Numbered from the stretch's first letter, positions 9,857 to 19,356 are shown. The stretch is 57,551 nucleotides of DNA from Gemmatimonas sp. (GCA_013824755.1 PNOJ01000003.1:1-57551); one strand, 5' to 3'. Program-made: numbers and translations. The notes: generated by a model not told the origin, from the sequence alone.

Positions 9857-10134
9857 GCGGTGCCTCCTCGGCAGCCGGCCCGACCGGGTCCGGCGGTTCG
9901 GCGTGGGTGGTTGTCAGCCCGCATCCTAAGCGATCCCGGCGCAAAATGCACGGATGGGCCGTTTCAACGCCGCAGGATCCGGGGTGCCTGATTTTCAGCC
10001 ATGGGGTTTCCCGACTCGGGACCCTCCCGACACGGCGGGCACGCAAGATCCACCTCGCCACGCAGGTGCCGGATACCGAACCAGGTTACCGGCCGACCCG
10101 GGGCGACCCGCGCCTCCAGGTCGCCCACCTCGCC

Positions 10135-10147
10135 GATCAATCCCTTG
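10135..10147 (+). promoter_or_regulatory. Possible IHF site upstream of the sigma54 promoter
   Basis: GATCAAtcccTTG, one mismatch to WATCAAnnnnTTR, about 110 bp upstream of the -24 box. Confidence 0.3.
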
Positions 10148-10257
10148 GCACCGTGCAAGTTGCCTGTGTTCGCCCTCGCCTGAATGACGACTTACAACAT
10201 CCGGTTTTCCCGCGTTCCCGGGCACTCCGGGACTCCATGCGCCCCATCCGGACACGA

Positions 10258-10273
10258 TGGCACGCCCGTTGCA
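10258..10273 (+). promoter_or_regulatory. Sigma54 (-24/-12) promoter of the pilus operon
   Basis: TGGCACG-cccg-TTGCA is an exact match to TGGCACG-N4-TTGCW, about 75 bp upstream of pilB. Confidence 0.8.
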
Positions 10274-10347
10274 GCCCCGCTCCCCGACAGAACACGCCCG
10301 GCATCTTGCCGGTCGTGGAGTTCACCGGGCATGGGGGAAGTCGCTTG

Positions 10348-12066
10348 ATGCACACGAAGGCGCCGGGGCTCGGCGAATTCCTGATCACCAAGGGCGTCAT
10401 CGACCAGGACCAGCTGGCCGCAGCGCTCGTCGAGCAGAAGCGCTCCCACGAGCGCCTCGGCGAGATCCTCCAGAACCGGGGGCTGATCACCGAGTGGGAC
10501 CTGCTCGACGCCTTGGGCAACCAGCTCGGCCACCGCCTGTTCGACACCGCGCTCGACGAGGTGACGCGCCAGGCCCTGGAACTGGTGCCGTTCGAGTCGG
10601 CGCGCCGCTACGACCTGCTGCCGGTCTGCGTGGACGAGCACAACCTCGTGGTCGCCATGAAGGACCCCCTGGACGTCGAGGCCCTCGACCACCTGCAGCA
10701 CGTGGCCTCGCGCGTCGACCGCGAGCTGTCGATCCTGCTGGCGCCCTCCGGGGCCCTGGCCCAGGCGCGCGAGTACCACTACGGCCGCCTGCAGGGCGAC
10801 CGCGACGTCAACCAGCTGATCGAATCGGTGATCGACGAGATCGGCGGCGGCAGGGACATCGAGATCGAGCTCGAGGGCGACGGCTCCTCGGCGCAGGACG
10901 CCGGCGTCGTCAACCTCGTCGACCAGATCATCGGCAAGGCGATCCAGGAGCGGGCCACCGACATCCACGTCGAGCCGCAGGAGCACAGCCTGGTCATCCG
11001 CTACCGTGTCGACGGCATCCTCTACGACGCCCTGACCCCGCCGCGGGCGGTCTACGCGGGCGCCGTCAGCCGCCTGAAGATCATGGCCAACATGGACATC
11101 GCCGAGCGGCGCACCACCCAGGACGGGCGCTTCACCTTCAAGCGCGAGGGCCGCGAGGTGGACATGCGCGTTTCGGCCATCCCGACGGTCCACGGCGAGA
11201 AGATCGTCATGCGCCTGCTGGACAAGACGAACTTCAACTACTCGCTGACCGACCTGGGCCTCGCGGAGCAGGACATCGCCTCGGTGCGGCAGGCCATCCA
11301 CCGCCCGCACGGCATGATCCTGCTGTCGGGACCGACCGGCTCCGGCAAGACCACGACGCTCTACGCCGCGATGAAGGAACTGGACAGCCTCAGCCTGAAC
11401 ATCACGACCATCGAGGACCCCGTCGAGTACCAGATCGGGCGCATCAACCAGGTCCAGGTCAACAAGCGCAAGCAGGTGACCTTCGCCAACGCCCTGCGCG
11501 CCTTCCTGCGCCAGGACCCCGACGTGATCATGGTCGGCGAGATCCGCGACCAGGAGACGGCCGAGATCGCGATCCGGGCCGCCCTGACCGGCCACATGGT
11601 CTTCAGCACCATCCACGCCAACGACGCCCCCAGCACGGCCACCCGCCTGGTCTCGATGGGCGCCGAACCGTTCATGGCCGCCAGCGCCCTGAGCCTGGTG
11701 GCGGCGCAGCGCCTGGTCCGGCGCAACTGCCCCCGTTGCCTGGAGGAATACGAGCCCGCGAAAGAAACACTCATGGCCCTGGGGGAGGACGCCGATGACT
11801 TCGGTGTCCTGCCGGACAAGTTCGTGCGCGGCGCCGGCTGTGCGGCCTGCCGCGGCCGCGGCTACGTCGGCCGCGTGGCCGTGATCGAGAAGATGGAAAT
11901 GACGCCGGCGCTGCGGGATCTCGTGGCCCAGAAGCGGCCGGCGGGCGTCATGAAGCAGCAGGCCGTGTCCGAAGGCATGCTGACGCTGCAGCAGGCGGGC
12001 CTGAAGAAGGTCCGCGACGGCGTCACGACCCTGGAAGAAGTGCTGCGGGTCTGCATCAGCGACTGA
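10348..12066 (+). CDS. pilB: Type IV pilus assembly ATPase (PilB/GspE) with MshEN domain
   Basis: Walker A GPTGSGKTT, Asp box TIEDPVE, RQDPD, His box GHMVFSTIH, two CxxC motifs and N-terminal MshEN repeats. Confidence 0.93.
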   Translation: MHTKAPGLGEFLITKGVIDQDQLAAALVEQKRSHERLGEILQNRGLITEWDLLDALGNQLGHRLFDTALDEVTRQALELVPFESARRYDLLPVCVDEHNLVVAMKDPLDVEALDHLQHVASRVDRELSILLAPSGALAQAREYHYGRLQGDRDVNQLIESVIDEIGGGRDIEIELEGDGSSAQDAGVVNLVDQIIGKAIQERATDIHVEPQEHSLVIRYRVDGILYDALTPPRAVYAGAVSRLKIMANMDIAERRTTQDGRFTFKREGREVDMRVSAIPTVHGEKIVMRLLDKTNFNYSLTDLGLAEQDIASVRQAIHRPHGMILLSGPTGSGKTTTLYAAMKELDSLSLNITTIEDPVEYQIGRINQVQVNKRKQVTFANALRAFLRQDPDVIMVGEIRDQETAEIAIRAALTGHMVFSTIHANDAPSTATRLVSMGAEPFMAASALSLVAAQRLVRRNCPRCLEEYEPAKETLMALGEDADDFGVLPDKFVRGAGCAACRGRGYVGRVAVIEKMEMTPALRDLVAQKRPAGVMKQQAVSEGMLTLQQAGLKKVRDGVTTLEEVLRVCISD

Positions 12067-12090
12067 CCCGGGCCGGGAGGACGAGCGCAG

Positions 12091-13335
12091 ATGGCGAACT
12101 ACAGCTACGTGGCCAAGGACCGCAACGGCGCCGAGCTGACCGGTTTTCTGACCGGATCCAGCGACGACGAGATCATCCAGCGCCTGCACCAGCAGGGCCT
12201 GGCCGTCCTGCACGTCGCCGAGGACCGCCGCGGCCAGGCCGCCGCCGCCTGGAAGGCCCAGGCCGCCGCCTGGAACGTGCGCCGCGCCTCGACCCGCGAC
12301 CTGGCGCTGTTCAGCCGGCAGCTGGCCACGGTGCTGGAATCCGGCATCCCCCTGGTCAAGGGCCTGCGCGGCCTGGCGGCCGACTCGGGCCGCGGCCCGG
12401 TGGCCAAGGCCGTGGCCGACCTGGCCACGCGGGTGGAGCGCGGCGAGAGCATCTCGGACGCCATGGCGGCCCATCCGGCCGTCTTCAATTCGATGTACCT
12501 GAGCATGATCCGCGCGGGCGAGCGCGCCGGCACCCTGGACAAGATCGTCGTCGAGCTCTCCAACTACCTGGAGAAGGTCGACGACATCAAGGGCAAGGTG
12601 AAGTCGGCGATGACCTACCCGGTCTTCATCCTGACCTTCACGGTGCTGGCCACGCTGTTCCTGATCCTGAAGATCGTGCCGACCTTCTCGGACATCTACC
12701 GGGAACTCGGCCAGGACCTGCCCGCCCTGACCAAGGTCGTGCTGCGAATCTCGGATGTCGTGCGCGCGCACGTCGTCTTCGTGATCGCCGGCATGGCGGC
12801 GCTCGTCGTCGCCGTCGTCGCCGCCCTGCGCACCCGCCGCGGCCTGCGCGTCTGGCACGTCATGCAGCTGCGGATGCCGATCTTCGGGCCCATCGTCACC
12901 AAGAGCGTGATGAGCCGCTTCGCCCGCACCTTCGGCATCCTGATCGGCAGCGGCCTGCCCATCCTCGAGAGCCTCGACCTGGTCAAGGGGGCCGCCGACA
13001 ACCTCGTGATCGCCGACGCCATCGACGAGGTCAAGGCCAAGGTCGCCGCCGGCCAGGGGGTGACCGAGTCCTTCCGCGCCACCGGCGCCTTCCCGGAGAT
13101 GATCCTGCAGCTGATGGCCACCGGCGAGGAGGCCGGCGAGCTGGACACGATGCTGAACAAGTCCTCGGACTTCTACGACCGCCAGGTCGAGGCGACGGTG
13201 CACGGCCTGTCGTCGCTGATCGAGCCGATCATGATCGTGGTCGTCGGCGGCATCATCGGCTTCATCGTGCTGAGCATGTTCCTGCCCATCTTCGGGATGG
13301 GCGACGCGATGATCAAGGGTTCGGCTGCCATGTAG
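12091..13335 (+). CDS. pilC: Type IV pilus inner-membrane platform protein (PilC/GspF)
   Basis: Motifs FSRQLATVLESGIPL, AGERAGTLD, SAMTYP, GEEAGELD and LIEP. Confidence 0.93.
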   Translation: MANYSYVAKDRNGAELTGFLTGSSDDEIIQRLHQQGLAVLHVAEDRRGQAAAAWKAQAAAWNVRRASTRDLALFSRQLATVLESGIPLVKGLRGLAADSGRGPVAKAVADLATRVERGESISDAMAAHPAVFNSMYLSMIRAGERAGTLDKIVVELSNYLEKVDDIKGKVKSAMTYPVFILTFTVLATLFLILKIVPTFSDIYRELGQDLPALTKVVLRISDVVRAHVVFVIAGMAALVVAVVAALRTRRGLRVWHVMQLRMPIFGPIVTKSVMSRFARTFGILIGSGLPILESLDLVKGAADNLVIADAIDEVKAKVAAGQGVTESFRATGAFPEMILQLMATGEEAGELDTMLNKSSDFYDRQVEATVHGLSSLIEPIMIVVVGGIIGFIVLSMFLPIFGMGDAMIKGSAAM

Positions 13336-13438
13336 GCACCGGACCTCGGAGTGGGTGGCGCGCAATCTCCCGGACAAGCGGCCACCTGGGACAAGGACGT
13401 CCGGGAGAATCATCTGCGCGAGCAGAGGAGGGAACGCA

Positions 13439-13873
13439 ATGAATCGCTTCCGTCGCAAGTCCAACCAAAAGGGCTTCACCATGATCGAGCTGATGGTCGT
13501 GGTGGTGATCGTCGGCGTCCTGGCCGCCATCGCCATCCCGATGTACGGCAAGTACGTCAAGAACGCTCGGATCACCGAAGCCACCAGCCGCATCGGCGAG
13601 GTCGTCACGGCCGCCAAGTCCTGGGCGATGGAGAACGAGAGCGCGGCGGGCAACCCGATCTGGCCGTCCGGCGCCGGCGGCATCGTCGACCTGACCGCCT
13701 CGGCCAACTTCACCTACGCGATCACCAGCGGCGGCGGCAGCAACGCCAACACCACCGCCCTGGTGATGACGGCCACCGGCGTGGCCGGCACGCGCATGGC
13801 CGGCGTGACGGTGACCCAGACCGTGCCCAACATCAACAGCAACGGCAACGCGCCCGTGATCGCGGGCCTGTAG
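13439..13873 (+). CDS. pilA: Type IVa major pilin
   Basis: Class III signal QKG|FTMIELMVVVVIVGVLAAIAIP. GAGGAGG RBS. Confidence 0.92.
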   Translation: MNRFRRKSNQKGFTMIELMVVVVIVGVLAAIAIPMYGKYVKNARITEATSRIGEVVTAAKSWAMENESAAGNPIWPSGAGGIVDLTASANFTYAITSGGGSNANTTALVMTATGVAGTRMAGVTVTQTVPNINSNGNAPVIAGL

Positions 13874-13888
13874 CCCGCACCCATGGCT

Positions 13889-13921
13889 CGGGTCGGGAGG
13901 CGTTCGCGTCCTCCCGACCCG
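13889..13921 (+). terminator. Hairpin downstream of pilA (terminator or RNA stabiliser)
   Basis: 12-bp stem CGGGTCGGGAGG / CCTCCCGACCCG, no U-tract. Confidence 0.55.
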
Positions 13922-13960
13922 CCACGACTCCGGCAGGGGGCCGCAGGCGATGGAGTCCCG

Positions 13961-14173
13961 ATGGAGAAGCGTCGCGACAAAGGCCACCTGAACGCCGGCG
14001 ACGGCCTCAGCGTGATGGGCGGCGGCGCGGGCCTGGCCGACGTCGCCATCACCGACGGGCCCCTGAGGCCGGATCGCAGGTCCGACTACCTGGAAGTGGA
14101 GTGGCCGGACCGCGTCTCCGGCGGTTCCCGAATCGTCACGAGGCGCGAAGCCTCCGCACCGAGCGGCGGCTGA
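13961..14173 (+). CDS. Small hypothetical ORF (70 aa) within the pilus operon
   Basis: GGAG RBS before ATG 13961. The stop codon abuts the pilM RBS and the ORF fills the pilA-pilM gap. Confidence 0.4.
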   Translation: MEKRRDKGHLNAGDGLSVMGGGAGLADVAITDGPLRPDRRSDYLEVEWPDRVSGGSRIVTRREASAPSGG

Positions 14174-14187
14174 CAAGGAGGACGGCT

Positions 14188-15171
14188 TTGTTCCACACCC
14201 GCAACGCCCGCACGGGCATCGACATCGGGTCCACCGGCATCAAGCTGGTGCGCGGGGAAGGGCGCACGGCGCTCGCTTCCGTCACGCACGCCGGTACCGA
14301 AGCCTGGGACGGCGTGGACCGCGAGCACCGCACCGAGCGGGCCGGCGCCGCGCTGCGCGAGCTGCTGCGCAAGCAGGGCCTGGGACGCGCCCAGCTGGGC
14401 CGCGTGGCGGTGAGCGTGGGCTGGAAGGAGATCGCGCTGCGCGAGACCGAGCTGCCGCCGATCACCCCGGCCGAGCTCGCCCGCGCCCTGCCCTTCGAGG
14501 CCCGCAACCACCTCGAGCTGGACAACATGGAGTCGCCGGTGCTCGCCGGGCAGGTCCTGGGCGCCGCGACCGCCACCGCCGTCCTGGAGACCGCGCCCGC
14601 CGCGGCCGGGTCACGCGTCCTGATGGCCGCCGTGCCCCGCGTCCGCCGCGACTGGGTGGTGGAGGTGCTGGCCCAGGCCGGTCTCGAACCCGAGGTCGTG
14701 GACCTCGAGCCGCTGGCGGCCCTGAACGCCCTGTTCGCCGAGCTGCCGCCCCAGGCGGCCGTCGACGAGGCGGTCGGGCTGCTGGACGTGGGCGGCCGCC
14801 ACGCCGCCCTGCACCTCGCCTCGCGGTGCGGCGGCCTGCTGACGCGCACGGTCGGACCCGACGCGCCCGCCGATCCCGCCTCGCCACAGGAGAACGGGTT
14901 CCGCATGAAGCTCTCGGCCGGCATCGAGCAGACGATCACCTTCTACCGGGGGCGCTACCGCCAGGAGATCGCGGCCATCCACGCCGCCGGCGGCGGCGCG
15001 CTCGCGGCCGGGCGCCTCGAAGCCCTGGCGGCGTCGACCGGCAGACGTTTCGAACTGTTCCTGCCCCTGGCCGGCCTGGGGGCGCGCGGCGAGATCGACG
15101 GCCGGCCGGTCGGACCGGAGTACCTCATGGCCTGCGGCCTCTGCCGCTGGTGGGACGGTGCCCATGTATAG
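14188..15171 (+). CDS. pilM: PilM actin-like pilus assembly protein
   Basis: Motifs GIDIGSTGIKLV, LDVGG and GGGA. AAGGAGG RBS before TTG 14188. Confidence 0.85.
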   Translation: MFHTRNARTGIDIGSTGIKLVRGEGRTALASVTHAGTEAWDGVDREHRTERAGAALRELLRKQGLGRAQLGRVAVSVGWKEIALRETELPPITPAELARALPFEARNHLELDNMESPVLAGQVLGAATATAVLETAPAAAGSRVLMAAVPRVRRDWVVEVLAQAGLEPEVVDLEPLAALNALFAELPPQAAVDEAVGLLDVGGRHAALHLASRCGGLLTRTVGPDAPADPASPQENGFRMKLSAGIEQTITFYRGRYRQEIAAIHAAGGGALAAGRLEALAASTGRRFELFLPLAGLGARGEIDGRPVGPEYLMACGLCRWWDGAHV

Positions 15172-15721
15172 GATCAATCTCTACCCCGAATACCGGGAGC
15201 GTCGTCAGCATCAGCGTGCCCGGACCGTCTCGGGCGGCGTGCTGCTGGCCCTGCTCGGCCTCGAGGTGCTCATGGTGGGCGCCCTGGTGGTCAGCGACCA
15301 CCTGCTGAACGAGCGCGCCTCCGCGCTGCGCGCCGAACTGCCCCAGCTGAACACGCGCCTGCAGGCCAACACGCGCGAACGCCCCGAGCTGGACGTGGCC
15401 CTGGAGCTGATCGCGCTGCGGGAGAAGCGGGTGGATTGGACGCCCAAGCTCGCCGCCATCGCCGAGCAATGCGCCCACGGCATGAAGCTGGTGGAAATCC
15501 AGGGCCGGACCGCGTCGAAGCGGGAACGCCCGCGCTTCGAGATCAACGGCGAGGCCCTCGACGCCGACGGAGCCCTCACCGTGGTGACGTCCTACCTCGA
15601 ACGGCTGCGATCCGACCCGCGGATGATGGACGACTTCCCGCGGGTGGATCTGGGCAACATCCGCGGCGAAGGTTCCGGCGAGTTCGCCGTGCTCTGCGCG
15701 CCTCCGGAGGTGAAGGAATGA
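15164..15721 (+). CDS. pilN: PilN-like protein
   Basis: N-terminal RINLYP (INLLP-like motif), one TM helix and a coiled coil. Overlaps the pilM stop. Confidence 0.8.
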   Translation: MYRINLYPEYRERRQHQRARTVSGGVLLALLGLEVLMVGALVVSDHLLNERASALRAELPQLNTRLQANTRERPELDVALELIALREKRVDWTPKLAAIAEQCAHGMKLVEIQGRTASKRERPRFEINGEALDADGALTVVTSYLERLRSDPRMMDDFPRVDLGNIRGEGSGEFAVLCAPPEVKE

Positions 15722-16248
15722 ACATCCGCTGCACGGGCACGCGCCTGCCCTTCGTGCTGGCAGCCGCCGGCCTCCTGCTCGTCGCCGGCCTGGTCATCGA
15801 GATGGCCTTCGCCCGGCCGCGTCTGCAGGAGATCCAGCGCCTGAACGACGAGTGCGCGAGCCTCCAGTCGCGGATCCAGGACCAGCAGCGCCTCGAGAGC
15901 GAGGGCCGCCGGCTGGCCGTCCACTTCGACGTGGCCGGCCTGGCCGAGCTGACCGCCCGGTCGCAGCTCGACGCCGTGGCCTACCTGGGCCAGGCGCTCG
16001 ACCGCTCCGGGCTGCGGCGACTGGACATGACCACCAACGGCGGCGAGGACTTCGGCCGGCTGCGCCGCAGCGACTTCCTCATCCGCGCCAGCGGCAACTA
16101 CGCGGAGATCCAGACGTTCGTCCGCGACCTCGAAAGCGGTCGCCGTCTGGTGAGCATCGACGCCCTGGCGATCAAGACCATGCTCGAATCCGGCGACCTC
16201 GAGGGCCGTTTCAACATCTCGATCTACGACCCGACGGGGGTGCAGTGA
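15718..16248 (+). CDS. pilO: PilO-like protein
   Basis: TM helix, coiled coil and GNYAEIQTFVRDLE..RRLVSI. ATGA overlap with pilN. Confidence 0.78.
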   Translation: MNIRCTGTRLPFVLAAAGLLLVAGLVIEMAFARPRLQEIQRLNDECASLQSRIQDQQRLESEGRRLAVHFDVAGLAELTARSQLDAVAYLGQALDRSGLRRLDMTTNGGEDFGRLRRSDFLIRASGNYAEIQTFVRDLESGRRLVSIDALAIKTMLESGDLEGRFNISIYDPTGVQ

Positions 16249-16250
16249 CC

Positions 16251-16724
16251 ATGGCACAGGATCTACAGGACAAGCGCGCGTTCCGGCTCGGGCTGGCGGT
16301 CATGCTGGCCCTGGTCCTGGTGCTGGCCCTGCGCAGCCAGCGCACCGTCAGCGCCGTGCTGGCGAATCCGGCCGTGGCGGCCGCGGCGGCCGCCGAAGCC
16401 GCCGACGCCGGCGTCGACATGGCCGAGCTCGACCGGCGCGACGGTCTCATCGCGGCCGCGCAACCCGTCACGCGCGACCCGTTCAGCGCCCGGCGCACAC
16501 AGCCGACGGAGCGGGCTCCCCGGCAGATCGAGGCGGTCGCGACCGCCCCGACCCTGTCGGCCCTGCTGTTCGACCGCGTCAACCCTTCCACGCAGATCAA
16601 CGTCGAGGGCCAGCGCTCGGGCTGGCTGCATCAGGGTGAGACGTTCCAAGGATGGACGGTGGCCGCGATCACGAGCGACGCGGTCACCATCACCAAGGGT
16701 GGCGAAACCATCGTCCTGCCCTGA
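16251..16724 (+). CDS. PilP/GspC-like pilus alignment protein
   Basis: N-terminal TM helix, RDPF motif and C-terminal beta domain (GETFQGWTVAAITSDAVTI). Lies between pilO and pilQ. Confidence 0.65.
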   Translation: MAQDLQDKRAFRLGLAVMLALVLVLALRSQRTVSAVLANPAVAAAAAAEAADAGVDMAELDRRDGLIAAAQPVTRDPFSARRTQPTERAPRQIEAVATAPTLSALLFDRVNPSTQINVEGQRSGWLHQGETFQGWTVAAITSDAVTITKGGETIVLP

Positions 16725-16743
16725 CCCCAGGAGGGAACCCGAC

Positions 16744-18102
16744 ATGAACCCGTTCCGCACGACACCACACCGAGCCTTGCCGGTCCTGCTTTCCCTGGTC
16801 CTGCTGTCGCTGCCCGTCGCGGCCGCGGCCGCCGGCCAGGACCTGGTGACGCTGCAGGCTGCCGACACGCCGGTGGGCGATGTCCTGAAGATCCTCGCCG
16901 ACCGCGGCGGGCTGAACATCGTCACCAGCCCCGAGGTCTCCGAGCGGATGATCTCGATCCGGCTGAGCGAGACGCCGTTCGAGGAGGCCCTGAACCTCGT
17001 CGTGAGGGCGGCCGGCCTGGCCTACGAGCGCGTCGGCGGCACGATCCTGGTCGCCGACGTCGAGCGACTGGTCACGCGCACCGGCCTGGTGACGCGCGTC
17101 TTCGAACTGCAGCACGCCGACCCCGAGCGGGTGCGCGAGGCGCTGGAGGTCGTGACCGAGAGCGTCTCGGTCGAACCCGACCAGCACCGCATCGTGGTGC
17201 GCGCGACCCACTCCGAGCTGGAGCAGGTGTCCGCTGTCATCCGGGAGCTGGACCGCCGCCCGCAGCAGGTGCTGCTGGAAGCCCGGCTCATCGAGATCAA
17301 CACCTCCTCGCTCGCGGAGGTCGGGATCGACTGGGAGAAGCTGACCAAGTGGTCGACGAAGATCGTCGAGGGCTACAACGGCACTTCGCAGCCCGGCAGC
17401 TTCCCCGTCGACATCGACTACGTGCGCATGGCCGACGGCTCGGGCTTCTTCCGCCAGTACGCCACCTTCGACCTGGCCATCGACGCCCTGATCACCGACG
17501 AGCACGCCCGTCTGCTGTCGAACGTCAAGATCGCCACCCTGGACGGAGCCGCCGCCGAGATCTTCGCCGGCGAGACCGTGCCGGTGGTCATCACCTCGCT
17601 GCAGTCCCCCGGCGCCTCCGGCGGCACCATGCAGTCGATCCAGCTGGAGAAGATCGACGTCGGCGTGAAGCTGAACATCACGCCACGCGTCACCGACGAT
17701 GGATTCATCACGGCCCTGGTGGAGCCCGAGGTCTCGCGGATCCTGAAGTTCGTGGGTCCGGACGAGGATCTGCCGCAGACGTCGACGCGCCGGGCCTCGG
17801 CCACCGTGCGCGTTCGCGACGGCGAAACGATCTACCTCGGCGGCCTGCTCTCCGAGGAGAAGCGCGAGACCACCAAGAAGGTCCCGTTGCTGGGCGACAT
17901 ACCGCTGCTGGGCGCGCTGTTCCGCTACAGCAAGGACGAGGTCAACCGCTACGACCTGGTGATCGAGATCACGCCGCGGATCATCGGCGACGCCGGCGCG
18001 GGGCTGCCGCAGGCCGCCCTGGAGAGCCCCTATCTGGCGCCGACCCTGCAAGAGGTCGACGCGGCCGAGCAGGGCGTTTCCGCGACATCCGGCGCCGAGT
18101 AG
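16744..18102 (+). CDS. pilQ: Secretin (PilQ/GspD family)
   Basis: Signal peptide, STN/N domains, QVLLEARLIE, VRVRDGETIYLGGL and KVPLLGDIPLLGALF. Confidence 0.9.
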   Translation: MNPFRTTPHRALPVLLSLVLLSLPVAAAAAGQDLVTLQAADTPVGDVLKILADRGGLNIVTSPEVSERMISIRLSETPFEEALNLVVRAAGLAYERVGGTILVADVERLVTRTGLVTRVFELQHADPERVREALEVVTESVSVEPDQHRIVVRATHSELEQVSAVIRELDRRPQQVLLEARLIEINTSSLAEVGIDWEKLTKWSTKIVEGYNGTSQPGSFPVDIDYVRMADGSGFFRQYATFDLAIDALITDEHARLLSNVKIATLDGAAAEIFAGETVPVVITSLQSPGASGGTMQSIQLEKIDVGVKLNITPRVTDDGFITALVEPEVSRILKFVGPDEDLPQTSTRRASATVRVRDGETIYLGGLLSEEKRETTKKVPLLGDIPLLGALFRYSKDEVNRYDLVIEITPRIIGDAGAGLPQAALESPYLAPTLQEVDAAEQGVSATSGAE

Positions 18103-18167
18103 ACACCACCACACGCGGCGCGTCGCCTCCGCGGGCGACGCGCCGCGCCCAGACGAGGCGGCGGTTC

Positions 18168-19355
18168 GTGATTTTTCGCCGACACGACGATCAGCGTCAG
18201 GACGCCGGCGCGAAAGGCAAGGTCAAATTGGACACGACCCTGACCGTCCCCCCCCCGGCACCGGCCGCCGCCGCGACACGCGGGCACCCGTCGCTCGACG
18301 AGATCCTGCGCGAGGGCGTGCGCCGCCAAGCCTCCGACATCCTGATCTCGGCCGGTTCGCCGGTCACCTTCCACATCCACGGCCGCCTCGAGCCCATGGA
18401 GCCGCGGCACCGACTCACCCCGCAGGAGAGCCGGGAGCTGGCCTACGGCCTGCTCGGACCCGACCACCGGCAGCGCTTCGAGCGCGATCTCGACGGGGAC
18501 ATGTCGCTGGAACTGTTCGATGTGGCGCGCTTCCGGGCCAACGTCTTCCAGCAGCGCGGCTCGGTGTCGGCCGTGCTGCGCCACGTGCCGCTGGAGATCC
18601 CGCACTTCTCGGCGGTCGGCCTGCAGGAGAGCCTGGTCACGCGGATGCTCAACATCCCCAACGGGCTGATCCTGGTCACGGGCCCCACGGGCGCCGGCAA
18701 GTCCACGACCCTGGCTTGCCTGCTCGAATACATGAACACCGTCGAGGGCTACGCGAAGCACATCGTGACCATCGAGGACCCCATCGAGTTCCGCATGAAG
18801 AGCAAGAACTGCGTCATCGACCAGCGCGAGGTGGGCACCGACGTCCACGACTACGCCACCGGCCTGCGCTCGGCGCTGCGCCAGATGGCGCACGTGATCT
18901 TCGTCGGCGAGATGCGCGATCGCGCCACCATCGAGATCGCGCTGACCGCCGCCGAGACCGGCAACGTCGTGATCAGCACCCTGGCCACGCAGTCCGCGGC
19001 CAAGACCATCAACCGCATCATCGACGTCTTTCCGATCCAGGACCAGGAGGAGGTGCGCACGCGGCTGGCCCTGACGCTGCGTTGCGTCATCTCGCAGATC
19101 CTGCTGCGGCAGCGCGACGGACAGGGACGCGTCGCCGCCCGCGAGGTGCTCTTCGTCAACAGCCCGGTGTCCAACCAGATCCGCGAGGGCAAGGTCCACA
19201 TGATCAACAACGTCATCTCCAGCAGCTCGTCCGAGGGGATGTGCCTGCTGGACGACGCCCTGCTGCGCCTCTACCGCGAGGGCCTGGTCGACGCGTCCAC
19301 GGTGCTGCCGCGCTTCAACGACCCCGAGAAGGCGCGCCAGGTCGTGCAGGGCTGA
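18168..19355 (+). CDS. pilT: PilT/PilU-family retraction ATPase with divergent His box
   Basis: Motifs RFRANVFQQRG, GPTGAGKSTT, TIEDPIE, QREVG, VGEMRD and NQIREGK. Start (GTG 18168) is uncertain. Confidence 0.85.
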   Translation: MIFRRHDDQRQDAGAKGKVKLDTTLTVPPPAPAAAATRGHPSLDEILREGVRRQASDILISAGSPVTFHIHGRLEPMEPRHRLTPQESRELAYGLLGPDHRQRFERDLDGDMSLELFDVARFRANVFQQRGSVSAVLRHVPLEIPHFSAVGLQESLVTRMLNIPNGLILVTGPTGAGKSTTLACLLEYMNTVEGYAKHIVTIEDPIEFRMKSKNCVIDQREVGTDVHDYATGLRSALRQMAHVIFVGEMRDRATIEIALTAAETGNVVISTLATQSAAKTINRIIDVFPIQDQEEVRTRLALTLRCVISQILLRQRDGQGRVAAREVLFVNSPVSNQIREGKVHMINNVISSSSSEGMCLLDDALLRLYREGLVDASTVLPRFNDPEKARQVVQG

Positions 19356-19356
19356 G

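Noticed and set aside
10146-10163. Second sigma54-like site TGGCAC...TTGC
   Set aside because: The GG-to-GC spacing is wrong for a -24/-12 promoter.
10192-13713. Very long antisense or alternative-frame ORFs (e.g. 10192-13713, 25868-29125, 47573-52423, 53305-56565)
   Set aside because: Shadow frames of high-GC genes. They overlap genes with clear motifs and have no recognisable motifs themselves.
13439-13873. Electrically conductive (e-pilin) interpretation of PilA
   Set aside because: Full-length pilin with few aromatic residues and long aromatic-free stretches.
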